From Trichlorobacter lovleyi SZ (lineage in GTDB: Bacteria > Desulfobacterota > Desulfuromonadia > Geobacterales > Pseudopelobacteraceae), in the NCBI RefSeq assembly GCF_000020385.1, contig NC_010814.1:1980001-2012000 (forward strand): a stretch of DNA of 32,000 bases, given 5' to 3'. The notes below the pieces were generated by a model that worked only from the letters and a program-made list of their open reading frames with translations, ran no database searches and was not told the DNA's origin. Positions 17,422-26,631 of the stretch are shown one piece after another (the first letter of the stretch is position 1; each line of letters opens with the position of its first letter). Position numbers and translations under genes: made by a program.

Positions 17422-18570
17422 TTAAAAGTGATAACGTTCCTGCAGCAGAGCAAAATAGGTGTCTCGACAGTGTTGTTCAACAATGGCTAATTCAGCTAAT
17501 GCCTCTCCAAAGTCTGTGTTGCTGATTGTAAAAACGCCGTGTCCCCTGACGATAACCGCCTTGTCCCCGGTCAGGTTGAATGCCCTGGGAAGACTTTCAG
17601 CTAGGCCGCCAACTCCTCCTTCACCATCAACAACAGGAATAGAGTCAATCCGGCAAACATCTTCACTGGTGCCGGGGACAGCAAAAAAGCTCATGACCAC
17701 CGAAAAACGGGGGTGACCATGGAGTATCGCCTTACAGCCGGTTGCACAGATGATGGCGCGGTGGGCAGGTAACTCACTGGAGGCAGTAATGCCTGCAGTC
17801 GATGACCCGTCAAAGGGAACCGGGTCGATCTGACACTGCAGCTCATCAAGCCGGGCAGATGTCTCTGAAATATAGAGCGTGTTGGCTGAAACGCAGGATA
17901 TGTTGCCGAAAAACGAATCAACCAGTCCCAATTGCACTGTGGCCTGTCCAGCAAGGCTCATTTCGGAAATGATTGTTTGAGAGTGGTCCGGCAGGCGGGG
18001 CAGGAACGGAAAACTGGCTGTGTCAAACGGTTTCAGGTAGCTGTTTCTGTACTGGATAATGACCTGTTTTTCTTCAGACAGTTGGGGGCCGGTTGTAAGC
18101 AGGTCTTCAAAATATTTGATTGTGGTTGCATGCAGTAGTGAAGACCAGGCAATGTATGACTGTTCAACAGTGAGAGAACCGTGACTGATCAAGCCGATGT
18201 TTTCAACAATACAGCCCTTTCGTTTGCGCAGGGCAGTGCAGATTTTAGACAAAAAATCTGTTGGGTTCTGGCAGTGACGGATGAGTGGAATGTCATGCAG
18301 TGATGAACGGGACTCGGAATCTCTGGGAACAAGCGCAGCCAGACCTGGCGGTGCACGGAACAGCAGCAGGAACGGAAAGGGGTGTAACGGCTCTGCAACG
18401 ATTACTGAGGCGCAGTCAAGTTCTTGAATAATCTGCTGTCCGAGTTTAACAAAATCCTGGTTACCAAAACGGCAGATCCGGTCATTTTGACTGCAGATCG
18501 CAATTTTGCCAGGCTTGGCACACTGTTCATCAATCAGCCGTTGTGTGTATCGTTCGAGTTGAGTCTGCAT
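17422..18570 (-). CDS. tandem class II aldolase/adducin-fold protein (intact C-terminal half, degenerate N-terminal half)
   Basis: 382 aa. The C-terminal half has GLVDSFFGNISCV, SSELPAHRAI, AILHGHP and AVIVRGHGVFT, which align by eye to the FucA-type motifs GNVS, SSE, HxH and HHG. The N-terminal half repeats the outline (IVENIGLISHGSLTVEQ...YFEDLL) but lacks HxH. Confidence 0.7.
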   Translation of the reverse strand: MQTQLERYTQRLIDEQCAKPGKIAICSQNDRICRFGNQDFVKLGQQIIQELDCASVIVAEPLHPFPFLLLFRAPPGLAALVPRDSESRSSLHDIPLIRHCQNPTDFLSKICTALRKRKGCIVENIGLISHGSLTVEQSYIAWSSLLHATTIKYFEDLLTTGPQLSEEKQVIIQYRNSYLKPFDTASFPFLPRLPDHSQTIISEMSLAGQATVQLGLVDSFFGNISCVSANTLYISETSARLDELQCQIDPVPFDGSSTAGITASSELPAHRAIICATGCKAILHGHPRFSVVMSFFAVPGTSEDVCRIDSIPVVDGEGGVGGLAESLPRAFNLTGDKAVIVRGHGVFTISNTDFGEALAELAIVEQHCRDTYFALLQERYHF

Positions 18571-19391
18571 CAGGGGACTGATGCGGGGAGGTTGGTGATC
18601 AACAGCGAACCGTCTGCCAGCACCTCTTTCCGGAACTGAATCCGCTGTCTGGTCGCATGTGTGGCTGAGGCGATTTTCATGCTGCTGCCCGGCATAAAGG
18701 CTGCAGTAATATTATTGCCTGACTGCCATGCCTCAAAGTGAACGTGGGGACCGGTCGAACGGCCGGTACTGCCAGCCAGGGCGATGATAGTACCTTTTTT
18801 GATCTGCTGCCCCTGTTCAACACGATTTTTGCTGTTGTGGCCATAGAGTGTAATCATGCCGTTGTCATGTTCAATCAATACGGTCCAACCGTAACCTGAA
18901 CGTAATCCTGAATAGGCGACAACTCCATCGGCAACCGCCTGGACCGGTGTCCCCTCCGGGACAGCAATATCAAGTCCGTTGTGTTGACGCCAGTGACCGT
19001 CAATCGGGTCAACACGCATACCAACTCCGGATGTAATGGTGCCGTTCACCGGGAGCAAGGTCTCAACAGCATTGTTGGGATTTCTTTCGGGATTGATTTG
19101 GGCCTGCACTGTCTTTTCAATGATCTCCTTGAGGGAAGGAGCCGGAGTTTGGCTGGTCTCGCGGGACAGGTTTCGTGCAGACTTCCTGCGGGTGTTTTTT
19201 GCGGGCTCCCTGATGACCAGATGCGCATCTTTTTGCAGCGGGCTGTCGGTAAAACTTTCAACGCCGTCAATGGTAACGAAACGGTAGATGTCAGCCCAGG
19301 CCTCCTGCCGGGATGACAGGCAACAGGTTGCGAACAGCAGGCTGGACAGAATGCTGAACCGGTATGTGTGTTGTTTCGTAAGTATCCGCAT
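18570..19391 (-). CDS. M23 family (LytM-type) metallopeptidase with DUF4124-like N-terminal region
   Basis: HNGLDIAVPEGTPVQAVADGVV...GWTVLIEHDNGMITLYGHNS...GSTGRSTGPHVHFE are the HxxxD and HxH M23 motifs. N-terminus is a signal peptide plus DIYRFVTIDGVESFTDSP. The start is taken at the ATG at 19391 (MRILTKQ...); 19403 or 19487 are possible alternatives. Its stop overlaps the downstream ATG by 1 nt (TGATG). Confidence 0.8.
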   Translation of the reverse strand: MRILTKQHTYRFSILSSLLFATCCLSSRQEAWADIYRFVTIDGVESFTDSPLQKDAHLVIREPAKNTRRKSARNLSRETSQTPAPSLKEIIEKTVQAQINPERNPNNAVETLLPVNGTITSGVGMRVDPIDGHWRQHNGLDIAVPEGTPVQAVADGVVAYSGLRSGYGWTVLIEHDNGMITLYGHNSKNRVEQGQQIKKGTIIALAGSTGRSTGPHVHFEAWQSGNNITAAFMPGSSMKIASATHATRQRIQFRKEVLADGSLLITNLPASVP

Positions 19392-19526
19392 TGGTATCAG
19401 CATTCGTGCTTGTGATGACAGCTCTTTTCTGTTAAAAAAACGTTGCCTGTGCACTATACCGCTTTCCAGAATACAAAGCAATTCCAACGTTCTCGCCGAC
19501 TGACTTCGTTATCAAGGATATAATTT

Positions 19527-20246
19527 GTGAATATTACCTATTATGACAAGGTAATCCGTGGCACCGAACATGAGGATGGATTGGTTATTATCCAGTTCCT
19601 TAAAGGAATGGTGGGGCAGACTTTTTCATTTCTGAATTATTATAAAGAAATCCCGGTTTCCTATGATGCTCGCCTGATTTCGGTTGAAAATGATATGGCG
19701 GAGTTTGAAATTCACGAATACCAGGCCAAAGTAATTACCATTGAAAAAAAGGCGCTGATCAGAGCCCACGAAAAAAGTCCGGTGCCGGATGACCTTGTTG
19801 GAGAAGTGTTCTATGTGAACACTGCCCGCCGCAAGGTAATTCTGACCCGCTTTCATTATGCCAAGATACGGTCAGACCTGCGTCGTTTTGTTCGAGTCTG
19901 TCTTGATGATCGACGTGCTGATGTTGATATCTATCTGGAAAATGACATTATACCGGCCTCAGTTCGGGATATTTCACTGGGCGGAGTTGCATTGCGGGTA
20001 ACAGATCCTGCCGGTATCGAGCCGGGGATGGAAGTAAACCTGATTTTGAAACTCGTAACACCTGATGATGCGTCCCCCCATGAAATTGGCGTAGCCTGCA
20101 CGGTAACTCGTCTGTTGGGGGGGGCTCCTGATTGTACCTGTATTCTTGAATTTCACCCCGACCGTCATTCCCAGCAAGCCCTTGCCTACTATATCAATCA
20201 ACGACAGGTTGAGATCATTAGAGAGCTTAAAGAGTTGGCATCCTGA
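19527..20246 (+). CDS. PilZ domain protein (predicted c-di-GMP receptor) with a YcgR-like N-terminal domain
   Basis: 239 aa. RxxxR (LRRFVR) and D/NxSxxG (DISLGG) motifs at the correct spacing. GTG start 8 nt after AAGGA. Confidence 0.75.
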   Translation: MNITYYDKVIRGTEHEDGLVIIQFLKGMVGQTFSFLNYYKEIPVSYDARLISVENDMAEFEIHEYQAKVITIEKKALIRAHEKSPVPDDLVGEVFYVNTARRKVILTRFHYAKIRSDLRRFVRVCLDDRRADVDIYLENDIIPASVRDISLGGVALRVTDPAGIEPGMEVNLILKLVTPDDASPHEIGVACTVTRLLGGAPDCTCILEFHPDRHSQQALAYYINQRQVEIIRELKELAS

Positions 20247-20387
20247 GCATTAAACAGGGCTGATTGATTAAAAAATACGCATATTGGCGCAATGATGCCT
20301 AATTTGTGTGCTGTTGTTGTGTGTCCAGATTCCGGTTGCTTTAGGTAAAATGATATAAATTCAGCTTGTTATATCCGTTTCAAGAGT

Positions 20388-20403
20388 TGGCAATGTGCTT
20401 GCA
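20388..20403 (+). promoter_or_regulatory. sigma54 (-24/-12) promoter upstream of glnB-glnA
   Basis: TGGCAA-tgtgc-TTGCAT matches the consensus TGGCAC-N5-TTGCW. It lies 47 nt upstream of the glnB start. Confidence 0.75.
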
Positions 20404-20434
20404 TAATTCTAAAAAGTTTGAAAGCTACTGCTGA

Positions 20435-20788
<354 letters not shown>

Positions 20789-20818
20789 CTTCATTATTCA
20801 AGTGAAAGGAGAAGTTTG

Positions 20819-22231
20819 ATGACACCGAAGCAGGTAGTTGAGTTTGCCAAAGAAAATGGCGCACTGATGGTTGATTACAAGTTTATGGATTTTGTAGGTA
20901 CTTGGCAGCATGTCTCAGTGCCTATTACCGAGTTTGATGAGGATACCTTTGAAGAGGGCCAGGGGTTTGACGGTTCCTCTATCCGTGGCTGGCAGCCGAT
21001 TCATGCCTCTGACATGATTCTTCTGCCCGATCCAACCTCTGCTAAAATGGACCCTTTTGTTGCTGTACCGACTCTTTCCTTGATCTGTAATATTTTTGAT
21101 CCAATTACCAAGGAAGATTACACCCGCGATCCGCGTAATATTGCTCGCAAAGCAGAGGCTTACCTGAAGTCAACCGGTATCGGCGACACTGCATTCTTCG
21201 GTCCTGAAGCAGAGTTCTTCATCTTTGATGAAGTCCGTTATGATTCAACCGCTAACCAGGCTTTCTATATGGTTGACTCCGTTGAAGGTGCCTGGAACAC
21301 CGGTCGTGAAGAGTTCCCTAACCTGGGCTACAAGCCGCGCCACAAGGAAGGTTACTTCCCCTGTTCGCCGGTTGACTCCCAGAATGACCTGCGCAATGAG
21401 ATGGTCATGGAACTTCAAAAGGTTGGTATCCGTGTTGAGTGCCAGCACCACGAAGTTGCCACCGGTGGTCAGGCTGAGATCGATATGCGTTTCTCTTCGC
21501 TGGTTGACATGGCTGACCAGCTGCAGTGGTTCAAGTATGTTATCAAGAACGTAGCCTATCGTAACGGCAAGACCGTTACCTTTATGCCCAAGCCGCTCTA
21601 TGGTGACAACGGTTCCGGTATGCACTGCCACCAGTCGATCTGGAAAGACGGCCAGAACCTGTTCGCCGGCGACAAATACGGCGGGTTGTCCCAGATGGCT
21701 CTCTGGTACATCGGCGGTATCATCAAGCACGCCAAGGCCCTCTGCGCCATCACCAACCCGACCACCAACTCCTACAAGCGTCTGGTGCCGGGTTTCGAAG
21801 CTCCTGTGAACATGGCTTATTCCAGCCGTAACCGTTCAGCTTCACTGCGTATCCCGATGATGTCCACCAATCCTAAGGCCAAGCGGGTTGAGTACCGTAC
21901 TCCCGACCCGTCCTGCAACGGCTACCTTGCCTTTGCTGCCATGCTGATGGCAGGTCTTGACGGTATTGAGAACAAGATCGATCCGGGTCAGCCTCTGGAC
22001 AAGGATATCTACGGTCTGTCACCAGAAGAACTGAAAGATATCCCGTCTGCTCCGGGTAGCCTGGATGAAGCGCTCAAATGCCTTGAGGCCGACCATGAGT
22101 TCCTGCTGAAAGGCGATGTCTTTACTCCTGATGTTATCGAAAAATGGATCGAGTACAAGATGGAAGCTGAAGTTAACCCGGTTCGTATGCGTCCGGTTCC
22201 ACTTGAGTTTGCTCTGTACTACGACATCTAA
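20819..22231 (+). CDS. glnA: glutamine synthetase, type I
   Basis: 470 aa. [54 protein letters not shown], the [13 protein letters not shown] adenylylation-loop region, and SASLRIP. Confidence 0.95.
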   Translation: MTPKQVVEFAKENGALMVDYKFMDFVGTWQHVSVPITEFDEDTFEEGQGFDGSSIRGWQPIHASDMILLPDPTSAKMDPFVAVPTLSLICNIFDPITKEDYTRDPRNIARKAEAYLKSTGIGDTAFFGPEAEFFIFDEVRYDSTANQAFYMVDSVEGAWNTGREEFPNLGYKPRHKEGYFPCSPVDSQNDLRNEMVMELQKVGIRVECQHHEVATGGQAEIDMRFSSLVDMADQLQWFKYVIKNVAYRNGKTVTFMPKPLYGDNGSGMHCHQSIWKDGQNLFAGDKYGGLSQMALWYIGGIIKHAKALCAITNPTTNSYKRLVPGFEAPVNMAYSSRNRSASLRIPMMSTNPKAKRVEYRTPDPSCNGYLAFAAMLMAGLDGIENKIDPGQPLDKDIYGLSPEELKDIPSAPGSLDEALKCLEADHEFLLKGDVFTPDVIEKWIEYKMEAEVNPVRMRPVPLEFALYYDI

Positions 22232-22256
22232 TCGATGTTTGAGACCTGAAGACCGG

Positions 22257-22288
22257 AAGGGCGGGAGCAATCCCGCCCTTTTCTTTTC
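22257..22288 (+). terminator. intrinsic terminator after glnA
   Basis: AAGGGCGGGA-gcaa-TCCCGCCCTT, followed by TTCTTTTCC. Confidence 0.85.
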
Positions 22289-22360
22289 CTGCCGGGGCTT
22301 GATTGACTTCATCTGCCGCATCTGTTAGAAGGTATGCTTTACTGATGACAGGAAAAAAAC

Positions 22361-23038
22361 ATGATTGAAAATATTCTCTTCAAGCTGTCAATAATGTTGG
22401 TGCCCGGTTTGCTGGCAATCACCTGCCATGAAGTCGCCCATGGCTATATTGCCTGGCGCTACGGCGACCCAACGGCCCGCATGCTGGGGCGACTGACCCT
22501 TAATCCACTGAAGCATATCGATATCTTTGGTACTCTGATGCTGGTGATTGTAGGCATCGGCTGGGCCAAACCGGTGCCGGTGGTAATCGAAAATCTTCGT
22601 AATCCCAAGAAAGATATGGTGTGGGTCTCAATTGCAGGGCCGGTCACCAATATTCTGTTGGCCATTGTTTCGGCAGGGGTGTTACGGCTTATCCTGATGG
22701 TTCCTCCCGGCAGCGGTGCTGAGATAAACTTCATACTGCAGCCCCTCAGTTATATGGTGGCTTTTTCTGTCTATATCAACCTGCTGCTTGCATTTTTTAA
22801 CTTGATACCAATTCCGCCTCTGGATGGCGGGCATGTGCTGATGGGGCTATTGCCGTATCGCCAGTCAGCCGCCTTGGCCCGGATTGAACCCTATGGCATG
22901 GTCCTGATAATTGTACTGGTATTCTTTACGCCGATTTTTCAATACCTGCTGCTGCCGTTGCTGATGGCTGGCATTCAGCTGCTGGCAGGTCCACATAGTT
23001 TGCTGGTGTTCAAAGTTGCAAGTTTCAAGGTCATGTAA
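22361..23038 (+). CDS. site-2 protease family (peptidase M50) membrane metalloprotease
   Basis: 225 aa polytopic protein. HEVAHG (HExxH) in the first TM region and NLIPIPPLDGGH (NxxPxxxLDG) later. Confidence 0.85.
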   Translation: MIENILFKLSIMLVPGLLAITCHEVAHGYIAWRYGDPTARMLGRLTLNPLKHIDIFGTLMLVIVGIGWAKPVPVVIENLRNPKKDMVWVSIAGPVTNILLAIVSAGVLRLILMVPPGSGAEINFILQPLSYMVAFSVYINLLLAFFNLIPIPPLDGGHVLMGLLPYRQSAALARIEPYGMVLIIVLVFFTPIFQYLLLPLLMAGIQLLAGPHSLLVFKVASFKVM

Positions 23039-23061
23039 TTAACGAAAAGGTGCTACTTAAG

Positions 23062-24048
23062 ATGCAAAAACAACGTGTAGTCAGTGGTATGCGTCCTACC
23101 GGACGTCTTCATATCGGTCATTACCATGGTGTTCTGGAAAACTGGATCAAAATCCAGGAACAGTTTGACTGTTTTTTCTTTGTTGCTGACTGGCACTCAC
23201 TCACCACTGAATATGCCGAGACCTCGGGGATTAAAGGCTCTGCTCGTGAGATGGTACTGGACTGGGTTGCCTTCGGGCTTGATCCGTCAAAGTGCGTAGT
23301 TTTTGAGCAGAGTCAGGTTGTCCAGCATGCCGAGCTGAATCTGATCCTGGGGATGATTACCCCGGTTTCCTGGCTTGAGCGTAACCCGACCTATAAGGAG
23401 ATGCTGGACAATATCGAACAGCGTGATCTTTCTACCTTTGGTTTTCTGGGGTACCCGGTCCTGATGGCAGCCGATATCATTCTCTACAAGTCCACCCGTG
23501 TACCGGTCGGTCATGATCAGTTGCCGCATCTTGAGATCACCCGCGAGATTGCCCGGCGCTTCAACCATCTTTATGACTGTCAGGTCTTTCCCGAGCCTGA
23601 GGCGCTGCTGACCGAGACTCCCAAACTGCTTGGCCTTGACGGGCGCAAGATGAGTAAATCTTACAACAACTCGATCTACCTGTCTGAAACAGCAGAGGAG
23701 ACCGCTGCCAAGATCAAGGGGATGGTGACTGATACCCAGCGTGTCCGCCGTGCTGATCCCGGTGATCCAGAACAGTGCGTGGCGTTCAACCTGCATCGGA
23801 TTTATCTGCCGCAGGACAAGCAGGATGAAATCATACCAGCCTGCAAAAATGCCGAAATCGGCTGTGTTGACTGCAAGAAGATTCTTACCCAGTATCTGAA
23901 TGAACGTCTGGCCCCCTTCAGGGCACGTCGTGAAGAAATAGCTCAGGACGCCTCATTTGTGGATGATCTGCTGGCAGAAAGCAGTCGCAAGGCTGCGCAG
24001 GTGGCCAGCCAGACCATGCAGGAAGTACGGGCTGCACTACGGGTGTAA
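23062..24048 (+). CDS. trpS: tryptophan--tRNA ligase
   Basis: 328 aa from the ATG at 23062. SGMRPTGRLHIGHYHG (HIGH), GYPVLMAADIL, KMSKS present. Confidence 0.93.
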   Translation: MQKQRVVSGMRPTGRLHIGHYHGVLENWIKIQEQFDCFFFVADWHSLTTEYAETSGIKGSAREMVLDWVAFGLDPSKCVVFEQSQVVQHAELNLILGMITPVSWLERNPTYKEMLDNIEQRDLSTFGFLGYPVLMAADIILYKSTRVPVGHDQLPHLEITREIARRFNHLYDCQVFPEPEALLTETPKLLGLDGRKMSKSYNNSIYLSETAEETAAKIKGMVTDTQRVRRADPGDPEQCVAFNLHRIYLPQDKQDEIIPACKNAEIGCVDCKKILTQYLNERLAPFRARREEIAQDASFVDDLLAESSRKAAQVASQTMQEVRAALRV

Positions 24049-24050
24049 CC

Positions 24051-24872
24051 ATGCCGCAAGCGGCTGAAACATCTCCGACATCACTCTTCGAGGGGGCAGA
24101 GCAGGGCTACAGCATCAAGCTGGATGCCTTTGAAGGCCCCCTTGATCTGTTACTCCACCTGATTCGCAAGAACGAGGTGGATATCTACGACATCCCGATT
24201 GCCCTGATCACCCGCCAATATCTTGATTACCTCAAATTGATGAAAGAGCTGAATCTGGACCTGGCCGGTGATTTTCTGGTCATGGCCTCAACCCTGCTGC
24301 AGATCAAATCCCGCATGTTGCTGCCGTTGCCTGACCCGGAAGAAGGAGAGGGGGAGGAGCAGGAAGACCCTCGGGCAGAGTTGGTGCGGCGCCTGATTGA
24401 ATACCAGCGCTACCGTGATGCCGGGCTGGAGCTCGGGGCGCGGGAACTGCTGGGGCGTGAGGTCTTTGTCCGGCCCTGTGCCGATGGCTGCTGCCTGGAA
24501 GGTTTTGCAGGAGACGACGGCCCGTTTGAGCTGGATCTGTTTGAACTGTCAGAGGCGTTTAACCGGCTGCTGGCCAAGATCCCGATGGCCCGTGCCCATG
24601 AGGTGGCCGGTCAGGATACCCTCAGCATTGTTGATGCCATCAATGAAATTTTGACCAGGCTGGACGGTCAGGACTCAATGGAGTTTGAGTCGCTGTTTCA
24701 GGAAGATATGGGGAAGGAGCGGATGATTGTTACCTTTCTTGCTCTGCTTGAATTGTGTCGTATTAAGTTGTTGAAAGTTATTCAAAATAGTCGCTATGGT
24801 ACTATCTATATCTTCCCTTCGGTACCAGTAACAGATGATAATGGAGTAGTTGATGCACTTCCCTTCGCTTAA
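24051..24872 (+). CDS. scpA: segregation and condensation protein A
   Basis: 273 aa. FEGPLDLLLHLIRKNEVDIYDIPIALIT.QYL is the typical ScpA N-terminus. Starts 2 nt after the trpS stop. Confidence 0.9.
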   Translation: MPQAAETSPTSLFEGAEQGYSIKLDAFEGPLDLLLHLIRKNEVDIYDIPIALITRQYLDYLKLMKELNLDLAGDFLVMASTLLQIKSRMLLPLPDPEEGEGEEQEDPRAELVRRLIEYQRYRDAGLELGARELLGREVFVRPCADGCCLEGFAGDDGPFELDLFELSEAFNRLLAKIPMARAHEVAGQDTLSIVDAINEILTRLDGQDSMEFESLFQEDMGKERMIVTFLALLELCRIKLLKVIQNSRYGTIYIFPSVPVTDDNGVVDALPFA

Positions 24873-25440
24873 TGCCATAATTGAAGGGTTGCTGTTTGTA
24901 TCAGACGGTCCGATGACCCTGGACCGTCTGACTGAACTGCTGCCGGACTATGAGCGTGCCTCGGTCCGTCTGGCTGTCCAGGAACTGCGGGATGACTATG
25001 AACAGCGCGGCTCCGGGGTACATCTGGTAGAAGTGGCTGGGGGCTGGCAACTGCGTACTGTACCGGAATTGATGCCTTATCTTTCCCGGATGGTTAAGGG
25101 CCGGCCGGCCCGCTTTTCCCAGTCGGCCCTTGAAACGCTCGCCATTGTCGCCTACCGCCAGCCGATTACCCGCCAGGAGATTGAATATCTGCGCGGGGTT
25201 GATACCGGTGCTGTACTTAAGACCCTGCTTGAAAAAAGACTGGTTAAAATATTGGGGAAAAAGGATATTCCTGGTAGGCCGATTATCTATGGCACCACCA
25301 GAGAGTTTCTTGAGGTCTTTAACCTGAAGGATCTGAAAGGTCTGCCTACCCTGCGTGAGATTCAGTCTCTGGATGAAGTGCCGATCTTTGAGGTCCAGGA
25401 AGAACTGCCTTTGGGAGGGGAACAGCGAGGTGAGTCATGA
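24853..25440 (+). CDS. scpB: segregation and condensation protein B
   Basis: 195 aa. LNAIIEGLLFVSDGPMTLDRL, ALETLAIVAYRQPITRQEIE.LRGV, GRPIIYGTT.EFL. Overlaps the scpA end by 20 nt. Confidence 0.9.
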   Translation: MHFPSLNAIIEGLLFVSDGPMTLDRLTELLPDYERASVRLAVQELRDDYEQRGSGVHLVEVAGGWQLRTVPELMPYLSRMVKGRPARFSQSALETLAIVAYRQPITRQEIEYLRGVDTGAVLKTLLEKRLVKILGKKDIPGRPIIYGTTREFLEVFNLKDLKGLPTLREIQSLDEVPIFEVQEELPLGGEQRGES

Positions 25441-26240
25441 TCAGGCAAGCGGCAGTGGCAGGACAGTTTTACCCCGGCAGTCAGTCGGCGCTTATCCGCG
25501 AATTGCAGATTCTGCTGCCGGCGGTCAAGACCAGAAAGAAGGCCATCGGCGTCATCTCACCCCATGCCGGTTATCTCTACTCCGGTAGCGCAGCCGGGCA
25601 GCTACTGGCCGGTATAGAGTTGCCCCGCACTGTACTTATTCTTGGCCCCAATCATCATGGTACCGGTGCACTTGCAGCAGTATCGCCGGATGATGGCTGG
25701 CAGACACCGCTGGGGGTTGTACCGATCGAGAAACGCCTGGCAGGCTTGATCCAGCAGCATGTCCCCCGGGTAGAGCAAGACAGTAGCGCCCACCGCCATG
25801 AACATTCCCTTGAAGTACAGGTTCCTTTTCTGCAGTACCTTCGTCCTGATTTGAATATAGTGCCACTCTGTCTGGCCTTTGGCGATTATGCCGGTTGTGA
25901 GCTGCTGGGTAACGGCCTGGCTGCGGCCATCCGTGACTTTGGAGAAGAGGTGCTGATCCTGGCCAGCTCGGACATGACTCACTACGAATCGGTCGCAACT
26001 GCCAGGCGCAAGGACAGTCTGGCCCTGGAACGGATCCTGGCCTTTGATGCACAAGGTTTGGTGGAGGTCTGCCGCACAGAGCGGATCACCATGTGCGGCG
26101 TGATTCCGGCGGCAGTCATGCTGGTGGCTGCCAAGGCCTTGGGGGCAACTGCTGCGGAGCTGGTGGCCTATACCAACAGCGGTCAGGTCACCGGTGATGA
26201 GCGCGAGGTGGTAGCCTACGCGGCGGTGGCGGTTTATTAG
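25437..26240 (+). CDS. Memo-like / AmmeMemoRadiSam system protein B family protein
   Basis: 267 aa. MIRQAAVAGQFYPG, ISPHAGYLYSG, ILGPNHHG, HEHSLEVQVPFLQY, SSDMTHYE are Memo-family motifs as I recall them. ATGA overlap with the scpB stop. Confidence 0.8.
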   Translation: MIRQAAVAGQFYPGSQSALIRELQILLPAVKTRKKAIGVISPHAGYLYSGSAAGQLLAGIELPRTVLILGPNHHGTGALAAVSPDDGWQTPLGVVPIEKRLAGLIQQHVPRVEQDSSAHRHEHSLEVQVPFLQYLRPDLNIVPLCLAFGDYAGCELLGNGLAAAIRDFGEEVLILASSDMTHYESVATARRKDSLALERILAFDAQGLVEVCRTERITMCGVIPAAVMLVAAKALGATAAELVAYTNSGQVTGDEREVVAYAAVAVY

Positions 26241-26305
26241 CAGGTTCTTTTATTGTGTTCGTGACATGCACCTGTACGGTGCCCTCATTCTGATTCTACG
26301 ATTGC

Positions 26306-26533
26306 TCATGCAAACAGCATCAAAGCTTTTGTGTACGGATCCCTGCTGAGCTGTAAGGGCAGGTCCTTTGCCATTACGCTGTCGAATATGCAATCATCGT
26401 TCAAAATGATTTCCCTTGTCTCGCTGGGTATCAGTTGAAAAATTATTTCCACTGCTTTGAAAAAATAGACAAAATCAAATGATATTGAATGGGTAACTGA
26501 GTGTAAATTTTTTTTACAATTTGGCTGCACCAT
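26306..26533 (-). CDS. hypothetical small protein (orphan ORF in AT-rich spacer); coding status uncertain
   Basis: 75-aa ATG-initiated ORF with a non-repetitive sequence, but no Shine-Dalgarno (ttcccca precedes the ATG) and no family I recognise. Confidence 0.25.
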   Translation of the reverse strand: MVQPNCKKNLHSVTHSISFDFVYFFKAVEIIFQLIPSETREIILNDDCIFDSVMAKDLPLQLSRDPYTKALMLFA

Positions 26534-26631
26534 TGGGGAAGATGATCAATGCAGGTACTGTGTTAAGGCTGCCGTATGGCGTGCAAAGAGTCTGTAAAAA
26601 AAAGCGGGGTAGTGGTTGGATGTCATGCTGT

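Noticed and set aside
20247-20387. NtrC/NifA-type upstream activator sites and an IHF site ahead of the glnB sigma54 promoter
   Set aside because: I found only weak partial palindromes (ATTG-gcg-CAAT, a TGT-rich run). There is no TGCACC-N-GGTGCA or TGT-N10-ACA match I could defend, so only the -24/-12 element is reported.
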